A model generated the notes under the pieces. The model saw nothing but the letters and a program-made list of their open reading frames with translations, searched no databases and was not told the origin of the DNA. Shown piece after piece: positions 1-12,875 of a stretch of DNA of 64,000 bases (within the stretch, counting starts at the first letter, position 1; each line of letters opens with the position of its first letter). This DNA comes from Paragordius varius. Taxonomy: Eukaryota; Animalia; Nematomorpha. Where the stretch lies: NCBI GenBank assembly GCA_964247055.1, contig OZ176050.1, positions 8,184,001 through 8,248,000 of the forward strand. Direction: 5' to 3'. Made by a program: the position numbers and the translations under genes.

Positions 1-572
1 CAACGTGACATGTGGGCCTTAGCTAAATTTAAAAATAATACAAAGTAAACCATTTTTTATTTTTCTATCAATATTAGAGATTAAGAATTAAAAATAGCTT
101 TCATTTTAGCTTTAATATCAAATAAATACCATATTTTGCAAAAATATTGTAAAATAAAAATGGCGCCGAAGTAGTTTGATATGGAACTTTTTTTTAAAAC
201 CAAATTTTATTTATATATTTTACCTTATTTATATATTTTAATTAGGATGGAACCAAATATATAAATTGGGACCACTTCTTTCAGTAGTTTATAAATATAA
301 ATTTAAATATAGTTTGGAGTATGTAGATACCTCAATTAATCGGATTAAAGGAAGACGATATTTTAAATTTAAAATAAATGGCGACGAAATAGTTTGACAT
401 GGAACTTTTTTTTCAAAGGAAATATATTATTTAGATATTTTGGCATATTTATATATTTTTTATTTAATAGAAGCATAAATTTAAATTGGGACCGTTTCCT
501 TCAGTAGTTTTTCAAAAATCCTAAATTAAATTTTGTCTGGGGTGTTCAGATACCATAATTTGAATCGTTGTG
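1..572 (-). mobile_element. piggyBac-type MITE family A, copy truncated by the window start, with an internal duplication of ~200 bp of its end
   Basis: Same sequence as the copies at 2565, 6992, 34886 and 43659. It ends ...TTGAATCGTTGTG|TTAA. The block AAAATGGCG..GAAGTAGTTTGA..GTCTGGGG occurs twice (~158-335 and ~375-560). Confidence 0.75.
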
Positions 573-876
573 TTAATCGCGTGTCTTTTAATAAATTTAT
601 GGCAAACTTTTATAAATAATTTATTGACAATATAATAATTTCTCATTGTATAATTATGTCCACTTTTTTGAAAATTGCATTTATGAAAAAGGGACTTAAC
701 GGCACAGAGTTTGAGATGAGACTTATAAAAATATATGCATATATAAACAAATATTAGTTTTTCTGAAAATTAGCATGAGAGCCAAGCTAACGGTGACATT
801 ATTACATGGAGTAGGGTTCTACACAGGGGTTATAAAAAAAATGGCCAATATACTCTTTTATACGAGTCTATACATA

Positions 877-1493
877 CGGTGATGGCAAAAAAGTCCTGAT
901 GAAAAATATATCATCTGATAGCAAAATGTACAGGATTATCATGGTGCTTTTGGTTTTGGCCCCTACGAGTGATTTAAGAAAGTATCTATACTTTTGTGGT
1001 AAGTGCTCCGTATAAAGCGGGGATTCGCGCACAATTTTTATATAAATTTTTTTTGGTGAAAGTAAATATTCTATTCCAAAAAATATCATTAAATATACTA
1101 CATATAAAAAGCAAAAAAATATTTTCAAAAAATTTAAATGATTAAATGTGGGCTCCCAAAATCTCAAATCGCTCTTCTATGGATTACACTTGATAAACGC
1201 AAAGCTGTTATTCTAAAAATTTGATATATAAAAATTTTCATTCAACTAAAGATATTTTTATCAAAATGTAGTTTATATATTTTATTGATATATTTTGGAA
1301 AATAGCCTCTAGCTTTTACAAAAAAATATTTCAAAAAAAATATTGTCTATTTCCTATAATGGAGCAGTTACAAAATAAATGATAAAAATGTTCTATATCA
1401 TTTGTAAAAGCCAAACCAAAAGCACCAAGATAATCGTGATATATTTTCCTATTAAAATATATGTGTATCAGGATTTATTTTTTATGGACACTG
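877..1493. mobile_element. Probable Tc1/mariner-derived MITE
   Basis: Imperfect inverted repeats at ~877-965 and ~1405-1493 (TA|CGGTGATGGCAAAAAAGTCCTGAT vs ATCAGGATTTATTTTTTATGGACACTG). Related internal fragments lie at ~1840-2100 and ~62780-62850. The TA target site is clear on the left only. Confidence 0.45.
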
Positions 1494-2564
1494 TGCAATG
1501 TCTTAGGGTTTTCCCATATTGGAGTCTTCAGCATGTAAGTTTCACATGATTGTGCATTTTACAAAGGTGGGCCGTAACAATATAAAATATGTCATTAAAT
1601 TCTAAATTTAAATTTTAAGAAAACTATGCTTATTTAAAAAAACTTGATATTATTATCTAGCATATACTAAAATATTTGATCGGGAAATTTCGGCCTTTTG
1701 CCTTTACTTTAATTATTTTATAAGTTCCAAAAATTCGAATCTTTGTCCTCAACCCTAATATATGTGTTATGCTTACACTAGGTAGACGGGACGTGTAAAA
1801 AAATCCTGAGGGAATGCATATATTATCAATGATAATTGTATCGGAATTCTCATGGTGCATTTTAGTTTTGGGGCCTTTAATTGATTTATGAAAGTTAATT
1901 ATACTTTTGTAGTAAATGCCCCATATCAGAAAATGACAAAATCGCAAATTTTGTTAAATAAATTTTGAATAAAGAAAAATGCTTTATTCCAAAAAATACT
2001 AAAACATATCACAAACCACATAAAAGCAAAACAATATTTTTATAATATCTGTAATTTTAGATGTATCTGAAAGTGCAAATAATGGGCTACCTTTCTGTTA
2101 AAATAAACGCAAAAAGGCCGATTCACGATAATTTATATATAGTAGATTATGTCATCAATCTTTTTGAACAAAGTTTTGTTGAAACACACTCCATACAATT
2201 TTGAGGCATGATAGAAACGGTATAAAAACACTTCAATATCGATGATGCTGAACATATCACCTCAGAAATTTAAATATTGGTTGGTCATAAAATTTATGTT
2301 GAATAACATTATTTTACAAAAATTAACCCATATTTTAAACCAAAGGATAAAAAGGAATCAAATGAAAGCGAAAAACTAAGTTGCGTCATCTTTGATGGTG
2401 CCCAGTTTATTGTAAGCCACTTTACATTTTTTACCAATAGGCAATACAGTAGCGAATAGATAGGTTAAAAACAATTAAACATTTTCCCCATCTAACAACA
2501 TTAAGTTTGTCTAATTATGGTCAAAAGCTGTTTATATCACATGATTGGTGAGTAGTATATTTAA

Positions 2565-3059
2565 CACTTCAATTCAAATGGGGGTATCTAAATACCCGAT
2601 ACTAAATTTGAATTGGGATTTTTAGAAAACTATCGTCTCAATTTAAATTTATGCTTATATCTGAATAAAAATGATATAAATATACCAAAATATCTAAATA
2701 AAACTTTGTTTTAAAAAAAAGTTCCATGTCAAACTACTTCGTCGACATTTTTATTTTGCAAAATTTTTGCTGAATATCGTCTTAATTTAAAAGGTAAAAT
2801 TGAAGCATATTTTTATTTAAATTACATCTAACATTGATTTTACCACTGGACACATGTAACGTTCATTAAATTTTTACCTTTCGGTTTTAGCTTAAAATAA
2901 ATAATATCAAGTATTTTGGAATACATTTTTATTATATTTCGGTTGATTAATGTTATATAAGTGCAAAATTTTGCCATGGTTTTGTTTCCTTCCATATTTT
3001 TTAAAGAATTTAAGTTTAAAGAGGCCTGGGGTATCCAACTACCCCAATTTGAATCGAAG
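2565..3059 (+). mobile_element. piggyBac-type MITE family A
   Basis: Starts TTAA|CACTTCAATTCAAATGGGGGTATC. The right subterminal repeat CCCCAATTTGAATCGAAG is present but the outer tail is lost. Confidence 0.75.
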
Positions 3060-3479
3060 AATGTCTCAAATGTTAAAGTTGTAATCCCTAATAATATTTA
3101 TATATTTGCGTAAAGCTATTTAAATTATATTATTATCATTTTCCATATTTTCTCGAAAAATTAATAAAACAGTGCTGTTTAAAAGGCTAACTTTATATCA
3201 ATTTAATTTGGTTTTAGATTCTAATATATTTAACATGTCAAATTTAAACTAAGAAATTTGATATGTTATCAAAGCTATGCTATTTGTTTAACCTTTAAAC
3301 CAACCTAATTTTTGGCTTTCTGTGTTTCAAGCATTTTTTCGCTTTAGCTAGTGTGCCAATTTTTTTCAGAGTGCCATTACTGTGGATATCCAAAAATTTG
3401 TAAAAGCCATAAAATTTAAATTATTTAAAAATATATTCTATAAAAATGTACACTTTAATATAAAATAATGGAAACAAAA

Positions 3480-3837
3480 TTATTCTGATGACGTGTGAAT
3501 TCTCCACCCATGTAAATCTTGAATTTCAGATTTTAATGCCTAAAATAGATCAAACCAAACCTCATTTACAAGTTGATGTTGTTTAACGGGAGTTAGGTCT
3601 TTAAACATATTGGAAATAACTTGAATATCATACATACCACCACATCCTCCTATATTTTATTATAATATTGAACCTGAAATATCTGTTACTTTAACTTCCG
3701 AATTCGGAAAATATTTTGCTAATTTATCATATATATTTTTTTCTCCGGCTGTTAAATGGTTGCATAACTTTCTGAAAAAATATTTATTTCCTTTATACTA
3801 AAATAGTTAAAAAAAATACTAAGCACAAGTGCCTCAT
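3480..3837 (-). CDS. BOLA3: BolA-like protein 3 (mitochondrial Fe-S assembly), 4 exons
   Basis: Spliced translation ...LTAGEKNIYDKLAKYFPNSEVKVTDISGGCGGMYDIQVISNMFKDLTPVKQHQLVNEALKSEIQDLHGWRIHTSSE* matches the BOLA3 signature VTDISGGCGAMY...QQHQMVNQALKEEI..MHG. Introns are 3650-3673 (24 nt) and 3540-3560 (21 nt). The first exon and start codon (ATG 3837) are less certain. Confidence 0.9.
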
Positions 3838-3859
3838 CACATAAATTTAAAATATATGA

Positions 3860-6060
3860 ATGAAAGCGAATAAAGGCAATTACATTCTTGTCAATGAGAG
3901 GCAAGTAAATAGAAAATTAATATTCAGAAAGGAAACCCTGTTCTTAAATTTATTAAGAATGTTTCTTGGCAATACGCAACAATTTTACCAGATTTTATTG
4001 TTGGTGAAACTGCTGGAGTTTTGTATTTAAGGTAAAAAGAAAATAGTTTCAATAAAACAACTATACTTATTGTTTTAAGAATATAATTAAATTATTATAC
4101 CAAAATATATATATATATATATATATTACTAAGATATTGAGTTGATACATTAGCTTACAATGGCAAGCGATTTTTTGCCTGATAGGTTGATATAGGCAGT
4201 GAATGTTATAAGTTGACGAAATTAACGAAATTACTAGATTTTAATAATAGTATGTATTATATGCAATGGTTTCACATATATACTTCAAATTTGGATGTCG
4301 CATTATATAATGCTATTGCTAAAATGACATCTCTAATATAAATCCGTAGAGATGTCTATTTAAAAATTCAGTCTCGCAATATTTGATAAATTCAACCTTT
4401 GTTTAACTATTGAAACAATATTCTTTTTTCATATCTTAATAAGATTTAAATTACTAATCTTCTAATTTAAAGTCAAAAGGGTTTAAAATTTAGTTATTTT
4501 TGATAAACCACCATGTTGAAAAGTTTTTATATAGAAATGCCATTGTTTTAAATGCTTTATTCACCCATTGTATTTATTTATAGTTTGCGGTATCACCAAT
4601 TAAATCAAAATTACATCCATGAACGATTAAAAGAAGTTGGCCACTCTTTCGATTTGCGCATTTTATTGGTTCAAGTATGTGTAATTATCACATACAGGTT
4701 GATATTAGAGATCCTACCTTTTACTTGGAAGAATTGACTAAAATAGCCCTTTTGACTGATTTTACTATCGTTTTAGCTTGGAGGTACATATTAGAATATG
4801 TGCAATTATCTTACATTTATCAGAATTTTGTAGTATATTGATTTATAAATGCTTTTTAAAATATTAACTATGGATATTAATGCAAATTTAAGAGGTTAAT
4901 CGCTTAAAAATGAATATTATCAGTTATAGAGATTTAAAGATTAATAGACAAAGTCTTACATCAATCATATTATAAAATCTAAAATTTATGTTTAAAAAAC
5001 TATAATTTTTGCATATCTTATAGAGCCATACTGGTTAAATAAAAATAATTGGAAAAAAATCATGAAACTTTTATTATGTAAAAGAATAAATATTTATATT
5101 TTACTTGCTTGCTTTCATTGTTTTGTTTATATATTATATCAATTGTTTGAAAAGGAAATATATTATTACATTAAATAATATATCAATATAACCTCATAAT
5201 AAAAGTTTGGACGAAGCTGGACGTTATGTTGAAACATATAAAGCGTATGAGCACAAACCTCCAGATTTCATTATGGGTAAAGATCATGATATTACTCATT
5301 TTGCCCCTACCGAAGAAAATAAAGAGTCATTGCTTGATTTTCCTGCGCAATCTGAAAATACGGAACAAAATCTTTTTTTAATAGGTAGGAAAATTCTTTT
5401 ATCATATATGCTTGCTAAATACGGAACTCTTAACATAAGTTCCTTTATTGCGCATCTAAAGTTAAAAGCGCCAATGCCTTTTTTTGATTTTATGGTAATG
5501 ATCGTTATAATGTAAGTGTTTAATATTTTATATAAGGGGGGTTGGCAGCACTTTAAATATATATATATATATATATATATAAATTGCCGTTGACAAACAT
5601 TGATCACATATATAATTTGTCAATACAATATTTATGTATCTATTATATAGATGATGAATCACAAAGTGAAACATTCACTGGTGATAGCAACATTGATGAT
5701 GAGGATAAAAGGGCCTTTTTAAATGTTTTGTTAGCATCGTCCAAACAATCCCACCAAATCCTAAACAAAACCGATTGTTCTACCTTGTACAGTATTTTTA
5801 AAGGAGATTTTGCAGAGCTTGCCCAAAGCATAAATTATACCGGAACCAAAAATGCCAATGAAGATAATATGAGTGACAATCATAAAATTGATGCATGGTT
5901 AGGAAAAAAGGATGAAAAAGTTGATATAGCCTGTGATAAAATTGTTGATAAAGCTTCGCCAATTCCAATTACCAAATGTATAGATTTATCAATATTTTCT
6001 GGATTGGGTGATGTTAAAATTGCGAAACTAAAAACATTATTTAACACTCCATTTAAATAA
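3860..6060 (+). CDS. ERCC1: DNA excision repair protein ERCC1, 6 exons (3860-3904, 3928-4031, 4584-4674, 4698-4783, 5206-5384, 5651-6060)
   Basis: [72 protein letters not shown], followed by C-terminal HhH motifs NKTDCSTL and SGLGDVKIAKLKTLFNTPFK*. All junctions are GT-AG and phase-compatible. Confidence 0.95.
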
Positions 6061-6418
6061 TAGTCAATAAACCTTTAATAAATTTACTATACATCTTATA
6101 TTTATTAAAGATAGATAAAAATTTATTTGTGCTATTGTTTGTATGCAATCTATTAATTTTCAATATATTGGGAGTGGTCTCTACTAAACATAAATTTATA
6201 AATTTCCAATTTTTTAAAAAGTATAAAAAGAATTATTTGGGATCTGACGAGAATAATTCTATTTGTTTTATACCTTTTATTGTAACATAAAAAGACGACC
6301 ACAATATATAAGTTTGATAATTTTTGCTTATGTATTTAATCCGGATATTTTCAGCCTTTATATAGTATTATTTAAAAAAACCTTTTTAAAATCACGCATA
6401 TTAATATTTATTTATTTT

Positions 6419-6952
6419 ACACTTTGATTATTGGATATCCAAATACCCCAGACAATATTAAAGTTGATATTTTTAAAAAACTGCTGAAGAAAAGGGTTTT
6501 AATTTAAATTTGTGCTTCTATCCTAATGAAAATTATATAAGTAAGCCAAAATATCGAAATAGAATATAGTTTTGGAAAAAAAGATCCGTATCAAACTATT
6601 TGGACGCCATTTTTATTTTACAACATTTTTGCAAAATATCGATTTCTTTCATTCTAAGCCTAAAATTAAGTTTATAATTTTAATAAAAACAGAAAAAGTG
6701 GTATATTTTGCATTATTTTTTTATTTAGCTCATTCAGACATGTCATATTGGCTAATTTTACCTTTCAGTAACTCTGAATATACAAAATCAAGGATTTTTA
6801 TAATTTTTTAATATATTTCGGTTCATTAATGTTAAATAAGGCAAATTTTTGCCATGGATTAAATTTATTACAGATTGTTTAAATTATTAATTTTTAACAA
6901 GCCTGAGGTATCTAACTACCCCAATCTGAATCGAATATGTTGTATCCAAGTG
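6419..6952 (+). mobile_element. piggyBac-type MITE family A
   Basis: Homologous to the 43659-44231 copy; ends ...GTTGTATCCAAGTG. Confidence 0.7.
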
Positions 6953-6991
6953 TTTAGTAAATCTTATGTTTTTAACATATGACGCTTATAA

Positions 6992-7570
6992 CACTTGGAT
7001 ACAACACAATCATTTTAGTCCTTCGATTCAAATTGGGGTAGTTGGATACCCCAAGCCTGTTTAAAATTAATACTTTAAAAATTATGGAAGGTATAGAAAC
7101 CATGGCAAAATTTTGCACTTATATGACATTAATAATCCGGAATATATAAAAAACTTTTTTCAAAAATACTTGATATTACTTATTTTAAGGCAAAACTCAA
7201 ATGTAAAAATTTAGTCAACGTGACATGTGTGCATTGGCTAAATTAAAAAATAATACAAAAAACCATTTTTTCTATTTATATCTATGTTAGATGTGATTTA
7301 AATAGTAAAGTATCTTTAATTAAGCCCTGAAAAATAAATAACAACGATATTTTACAAAAATTTTGCAAAATAAAAATGGCGTCGAAGTAGTTTGACATGG
7401 AACATTTTTTTCAAAACGAAATTTTATTAAAATATTTTAGCTTATTTATATAATTTTTATTAAGATAGAAGCATAAATTTAAATTAGGACCATTTCCTTC
7501 AGTAGTTTTTTTGAAATTACGATTTTAAATTAGTCTGGGGGATTTATATACCCCAATTTGAATCGAAGTG
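6992..7570 (-). mobile_element. piggyBac-type MITE family A, inverted relative to the adjacent copy
   Basis: CACTTGGATACAACAC...CTTCGATTCAAATTGGGGTAG at the left end; ...CCCCAATTTGAATCGAAGTG|TTAA at the right end. Confidence 0.8.
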
Positions 7571-7608
7571 TTAAAATAACTATTATGTATATGTGCTATA
7601 ATATAATC

Positions 7609-10130
7609 CAGTGATACTCACCAAAAAAATTTGACGGGCCAAATAAAATATATATTTTTTTCGAGGGATATGAACCTTATAATGGCAAATATTCCATAGA
7701 TATTTGAACATATGCACATATTCTCTAAATCAGTACAAGGAATTTTTTACGGATGGCATGTAAATCTAGCTAAAAACTCGTTATTCACCATTTGTTTTAA
7801 AAAATTAAAATATTTTGATAACATATATTTTGATATTAACCAATAATTTTTAACAAATTTGTTATTGCCTCATGACGGGCCAATTTTAATACGTCGTCCA
7901 TATGATCATCGATTAAGCGATTTTTATATGTATTCTTGACATACTTCATTTTTTAAAATGCCATCTCACATGTGTAAATGGAGGGAAAAACAGTTAGGAT
8001 AACTTTAGCACATTTTTTTATATTTTCATATTTATTTGGCACATCTTGCCAAAACTTTACATATCTTTCTTCCCCCCGATTGTCCTTGAATATAACCTCC
8101 AAGATGGAATCATTTTTAAAATCTACGAATTCGTGAATGATATGCACCTGATCAAAACCGAAATCCCCTTGCTTAATATTGGATATATCCATATGCTATG
8201 GATTTTTAACGAGTTTTAAGCAATTTTTAATACTTAATTCTTGAAATATGAATTTCATTAGATAAAAATGTTAAATGATTGTCTATTATTAAATTAATCT
8301 CCGCGGTAAATTCCCTATTTTCTTCATGAATCGTTTTAAGTGTTGGAAAATATAGGGTGTTTTATTTAAAATCTGTTTATATATTATTAATTTTTCTTGA
8401 AAAGCAAATATTTGATTAGCAAATTGGGTTATTTTTTGGTCCCTTGAAGAATTATATTAAAAATATTAAGTTTATAAGTAATTTCGCAAACAGGCTATCA
8501 AAACCCACCATTTGTCACTATTAATTTCCTCGTCAAACTTTCTGTCATCTTTTATAAATAATAGATTTTTATGTCTCAAACAAAAAATCTATTTAATACT
8601 TTGCAAAGGCTTAGCCATCTCACAGCGGTGTACAAAAGGATATCATCAAACTCACTGTGATTATCTTTCAAAAGGTTTTTAAATTTACGGCGCTTGATTT
8701 CTCTACCACGGATGTGGTTAACTATATCCACAACTGTTTTAATTAATGAATTGATGATTCATCATTTACGCGCGAAACCAAGTTTTGCTGATGAATATAG
8801 CCGTGAAAAAATAAAATATTATGTAAAATATAGTTTTTCAAAAGAGGAATAAATCCTTTGTTTATTCCAATCATAGAGAGACATATCTGTGCAGATTGAA
8901 ACCATTTTTTTATGGAAATACCATTATTATCGAAAAAAGTACTAATTATTTCGAGAAAATCACTTCTTTTTGTGGTATTATTCATTGGTAAAATTTTTAA
9001 ATTCCTCGTTGATTATGTTGTCGTTGCGAAATCTCACGAAGAGCGCACATTGACGTGTTGAACTAATATCAGTGCTAGAATCAATAGCAATACTAAAATA
9101 TTTGCAGTTTTTTAGAGTCAATAATGTATTGTTAAAAATATCATATCTTCAATGCGTCGAGCACACGTTGAATCAGAGAGTTGAAGTTTATAATTTGCCT
9201 ATGATTTAATCTTTATTATGGAATTTATCAAATAAAAAAGCGCAACCATTTATTAAACATTTTTTATTAGTTGGGAATCAGTAAACGGTTTCATATTTTT
9301 TCCTAAAATAGAGTAAATTTTATACAAAGCTAATGTTACAGCTTTTTTCTGGGAGAAAGGTACGGACATAATAGCTTTTTCTTTCTGGTATAAATTCTTA
9401 ATTTTTTATATTTTTCGTTTGTTTCCTCATGATTTTCTGGTAATTTATAAGAATGATGGATTGTAAAATGTCTTTCAATATTATAATTTATTATACTTAT
9501 GTATTCTTTACATATAAAGCAGGTAACTTTTTATTTAAAACGACAAAGAATTCTTCTTTCCATTCTATTTTAAAGAAGCAATTTTTAACGGATAATTTAC
9601 GTTTTAGCATGATGTCATCCTAATAATTTATGTTTTAATATTTTGTAAATTTTTTAAAAAATAGGAATATAATTTGAATTATGTTATAAAAAACAGGTCG
9701 AAATTTAATGATGTTGATTTGAAAAATATTTTATGGGAATGAGTTATAAAAATCATATATGCAGGATAGCAATCAAAAGAATATGTTTATGCAAGTTTGG
9801 GTGAAAGGCTTGCTAAAATACAAATAAGGAAAGCAATAAAAATTTCAAAATAGAAAAGAAAATAAAAATCAGAAACAGAAACAAGGTTTGCCAAAATTTT
9901 GTAATCATTTAATTGTAAGGAAATTTTTTTACATTTCGAATTGGGTAAAAAATAGAAATTACAAAATTCAATTTAAAGAAAATAAATTCATATTAAAATA
10001 AGCGAAGATTCGATTTATGTGTATTTTAAAAATTCATCAATATAAAAAATAATTTAAGTATCAATATGGTCATAGGTCAATTATAAAGCACTCTTAGGGC
10101 CGCATGCGGCCCGCGGTTTGAGTACCACTG
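7609..10130 (-). mobile_element. Decayed, apparently full-length hAT transposon (Charlie/SPIN/GTF2IRD2-like transposase)
   Basis: TIRs CAGTGATACTC and GAGTACCACTG, with a GGGCCGCATGCGGCCC subterminal motif. Minus-strand remnants include FSIAIDSSTDIS, VVDIVNHIRGR..KFKNLL..DILLYTAVRWLS and the dimerisation domain FWQDV..KYENIKKCAKVILTVFPSIYTCEMAF. It carries many stops and frameshifts, and the 8-bp TSD is degenerate. Confidence 0.85.
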
Positions 10131-10313
10131 ATATTCAAAGATGTATATTTATTTTAAATCTTTATTCGAAGTATTTTTTAGCGAAAAAGAAAAATATATA
10201 GCGGCGAAAATATGAGGTCGGGATTTATTTACAATTTGTTTTTTTTTCGTTAATGTGCCAAAAAAACATAGAATGCATTCCCTTAAATAATTTCCTAATA
10301 GATGGTAAATGGT

Positions 10314-12875
10314 TAAGGTGACCAGATTTTTTGAAGGAAAAAGCGGGACAAATCTGAGAAAGGGGGGGGGGGTTATGAGGTGGGGTGTACAACCAAAAAT
10401 TTTTATACAAAAAATTTATTGTAGTATTTATTTATTTTTAACACAAATACATTATAAATATAAAAAAATATTTAATTCCTTGGTATATTTTTTTATTTGA
10501 GTGAATGCGTTTAGCAGATTGTTATCATTTTATAAAATATTGTAGAAGTCTTTACAAGAATTTGTCAAATTATATTTGACAGATAAAATGGTAAAGTTTC
10601 AACATTTAAATTTGATTTTTCCGATGTCCACATGCGATTTACTGTGGAAAAAACGCGCTCAGTAGCAGCGTTGGTTCCACGTAAAGATAATGCAAATTCT
10701 ACAATTTTTAAATATTGTATGGAACATAGTTTGTTTCAAAATGATGAAATATTTCTAACCATTTCTTTTTTACTGTATTTTTTTCTGTTGTCCATAATTT
10801 AAGTTTTTCATTATTAATATATTTTATAACTAATGATATTTTAGAAAAAATATATTTTCTGAAAGGTTACTTTTTGGGAATTTTTGGGAGATGCAGAAAT
10901 GATTTTTGAACATCGCACCAATTAAATTCTGGTTTTAATGTTATCCAATGAAAATGATCAATTACATTAAATTGCACCGTCCAGTCTTCCAATAATCTTT
11001 ACAGTTTGTATAAAACACTTTTAATGGTACAGGATATCTTGGCGATTTATTGAGCCAAGGATCATTTTTTAAAATTCCTTCGATTGCTGTCAGAAGAGCA
11101 AACCAACGAGTTTTACAATATTCAAGCATTTTTTAATATTGAACTTCTGCATTTGCACAGAATTTCTTAAGCGTTTCAACGCGTACCGTGTATATAAAAA
11201 TAGGAATATACCTTAACAACTACATTTTCCACATCTAATGGTAACAAATCAGCAGCTGTTTAAATAGCGTTGTGTGTTATATGCGCTACACACCCAACGT
11301 CAATAATGGATTAAGATTATCTGCTATTACTGAAAATTATTTTTTGTTCTCTCCTTGCTTTTCCACCGAAGTTCGTATCGGTATTGTCACCGCAATATGC
11401 GATGATTTTGTCTTTTAAATTATTTTCCTAGAATATTCATTATTGAAGTAAAATTATGTCGGAATTCGCACCGGGTAGAGAAATAAAATTTTAATTTCAT
11501 TCCGGTTGTACCAAAATATTTTATTAACGTGGGAAATATTTTTGTTTCCTGATTTGATACATCAGAATATGGCGATAGGAAATTAATTTTCAGCAAATCT
11601 TTTTGTATTCAGAAAATGCATGTGGAGAAAGGACAATGCGTACAATGGCTTCAGCCTTTATACGGGCACGAATAACATGTGAGGTACAATCCATAAATCT
11701 AAAGGAATGATTGTGATTAACGCGTTAGATAAAACGCCTTGGGCTAGTGCCAAATTCTTTACTTCCTCTCCAAAAGCGTTTTTACGATAAAAATCGCTCA
11801 TTTTGTAAGATGATGCCACCATATCTAAACGTTTTTTTATGTTTCTGTGTTTCCATATGCTTTGTAATATCATGCTTGCCGCCATGTGCTAGGGTGAATT
11901 CCCCCTCGCATATCATTTAACAGATGATTCATTCTTCGTTTTTTTGATAAAAGGAAATTCTTTCATTAAATCATCGTTAAATTTACAACCTCTTTTTGTA
12001 CTCATATTTTAAACTTATCTATATATATATATATAAATGGAAAATGCTGGCTTTGTGATCTGGTACCGGAAAACCGGTAGACCCATTCTTCGAAAAAATA
12101 TAATCATTAATAAATGCTCCGACAATAGCTTCGCCCTTTTTTGAAATTGGCCCCCAGTTCGGGCCCACCCCGTGTGAAAAACGTTTTTTTTTGAAAACAG
12201 AAGTACACAAAAATCGTGTCTTTAAGACAATTTTCTGGAGAACGTGTTGGACCATTCAATTTCAAATATAATTTTTGTTTACTTATTTTCGTCTCGCTTT
12301 TTTGATTTAGGCCCTCTTTTTACCCGCTCCCTCCGTAAAATGCCATTTTTTTCAAAAAACAAAGTCCACAAAAATTAATTTTTTAATCTATTTTTCGCCC
12401 TATTAAACAATATATTAATATGAATGCTCCGTTTTAAAATTCCTATAAAAAATGTTTGGAAATAATCCACACATGTGGATCATTTTATTGTCCCTTATTT
12501 CAAATAGCCCTCCCCCCTTTCCCCAGAAGTCCGAATTCCTCGGGCTGCGTAGCAGCACGAGATTTACTGTTGTATTATTATAAAAAAATATTATATAAAC
12601 TTAATTTTCTGGAGTAAACGTATAAGCTACCGATTTGTGATATTAATTTGTCTTTTTGATAATGTTGACAGTAGGATTAGGAAGCAAAGTGTATAATCTG
12701 ATGATACAGATTTTAAATATAACTAATGATAAAAAATTTAAACGGATAAAAAAATAATTTTTTAAATTTAAATGTATTTAAAAAATTTTTTTTATATAAT
12801 CGTGAAAAAGCGGGACATTTTAAAAACGCAGCGGGAGGGACAAAGTGTGAAAAAGCGGGACGTCTGGTCACCTTA
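10314..12875 (-). mobile_element. hAT Blackjack-type transposon with a decayed transposase (ATG ~12005)
   Basis: TIRs TAAGGTGACCAGA and TCTGGTCACCTTA, with a perfect 8-bp TSD TAAATGGT (10306-10313 and 12876-12883). Remnants include MSTKRGCKFNDDLMKEFPFI..LAHGGKHDITKHMETQKHK and GTNAATERVFSTVNRMWTSEK. Confidence 0.9.
12018..12567 (+). mobile_element. Non-autonomous Helitron (family B) nested in the Blackjack element
   Basis: 5' end A|TCTATATATA...; 3' hairpin CGGGCTGCGTAGCAGCACG followed by AGATTTAC (the CTAG end is eroded). Homologous to the 47410-48010 and 51593-53232 copies. Confidence 0.75.

Noticed and set aside
2200-3420. Possible gene downstream of BOLA3 (frames such as KLSCVIFDGAQFI and LVCQFFSECHYCGYP)
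   Set aside because: The frames are short, occur on both strands, and cannot be joined into a coherent ORF or matched to a known protein.
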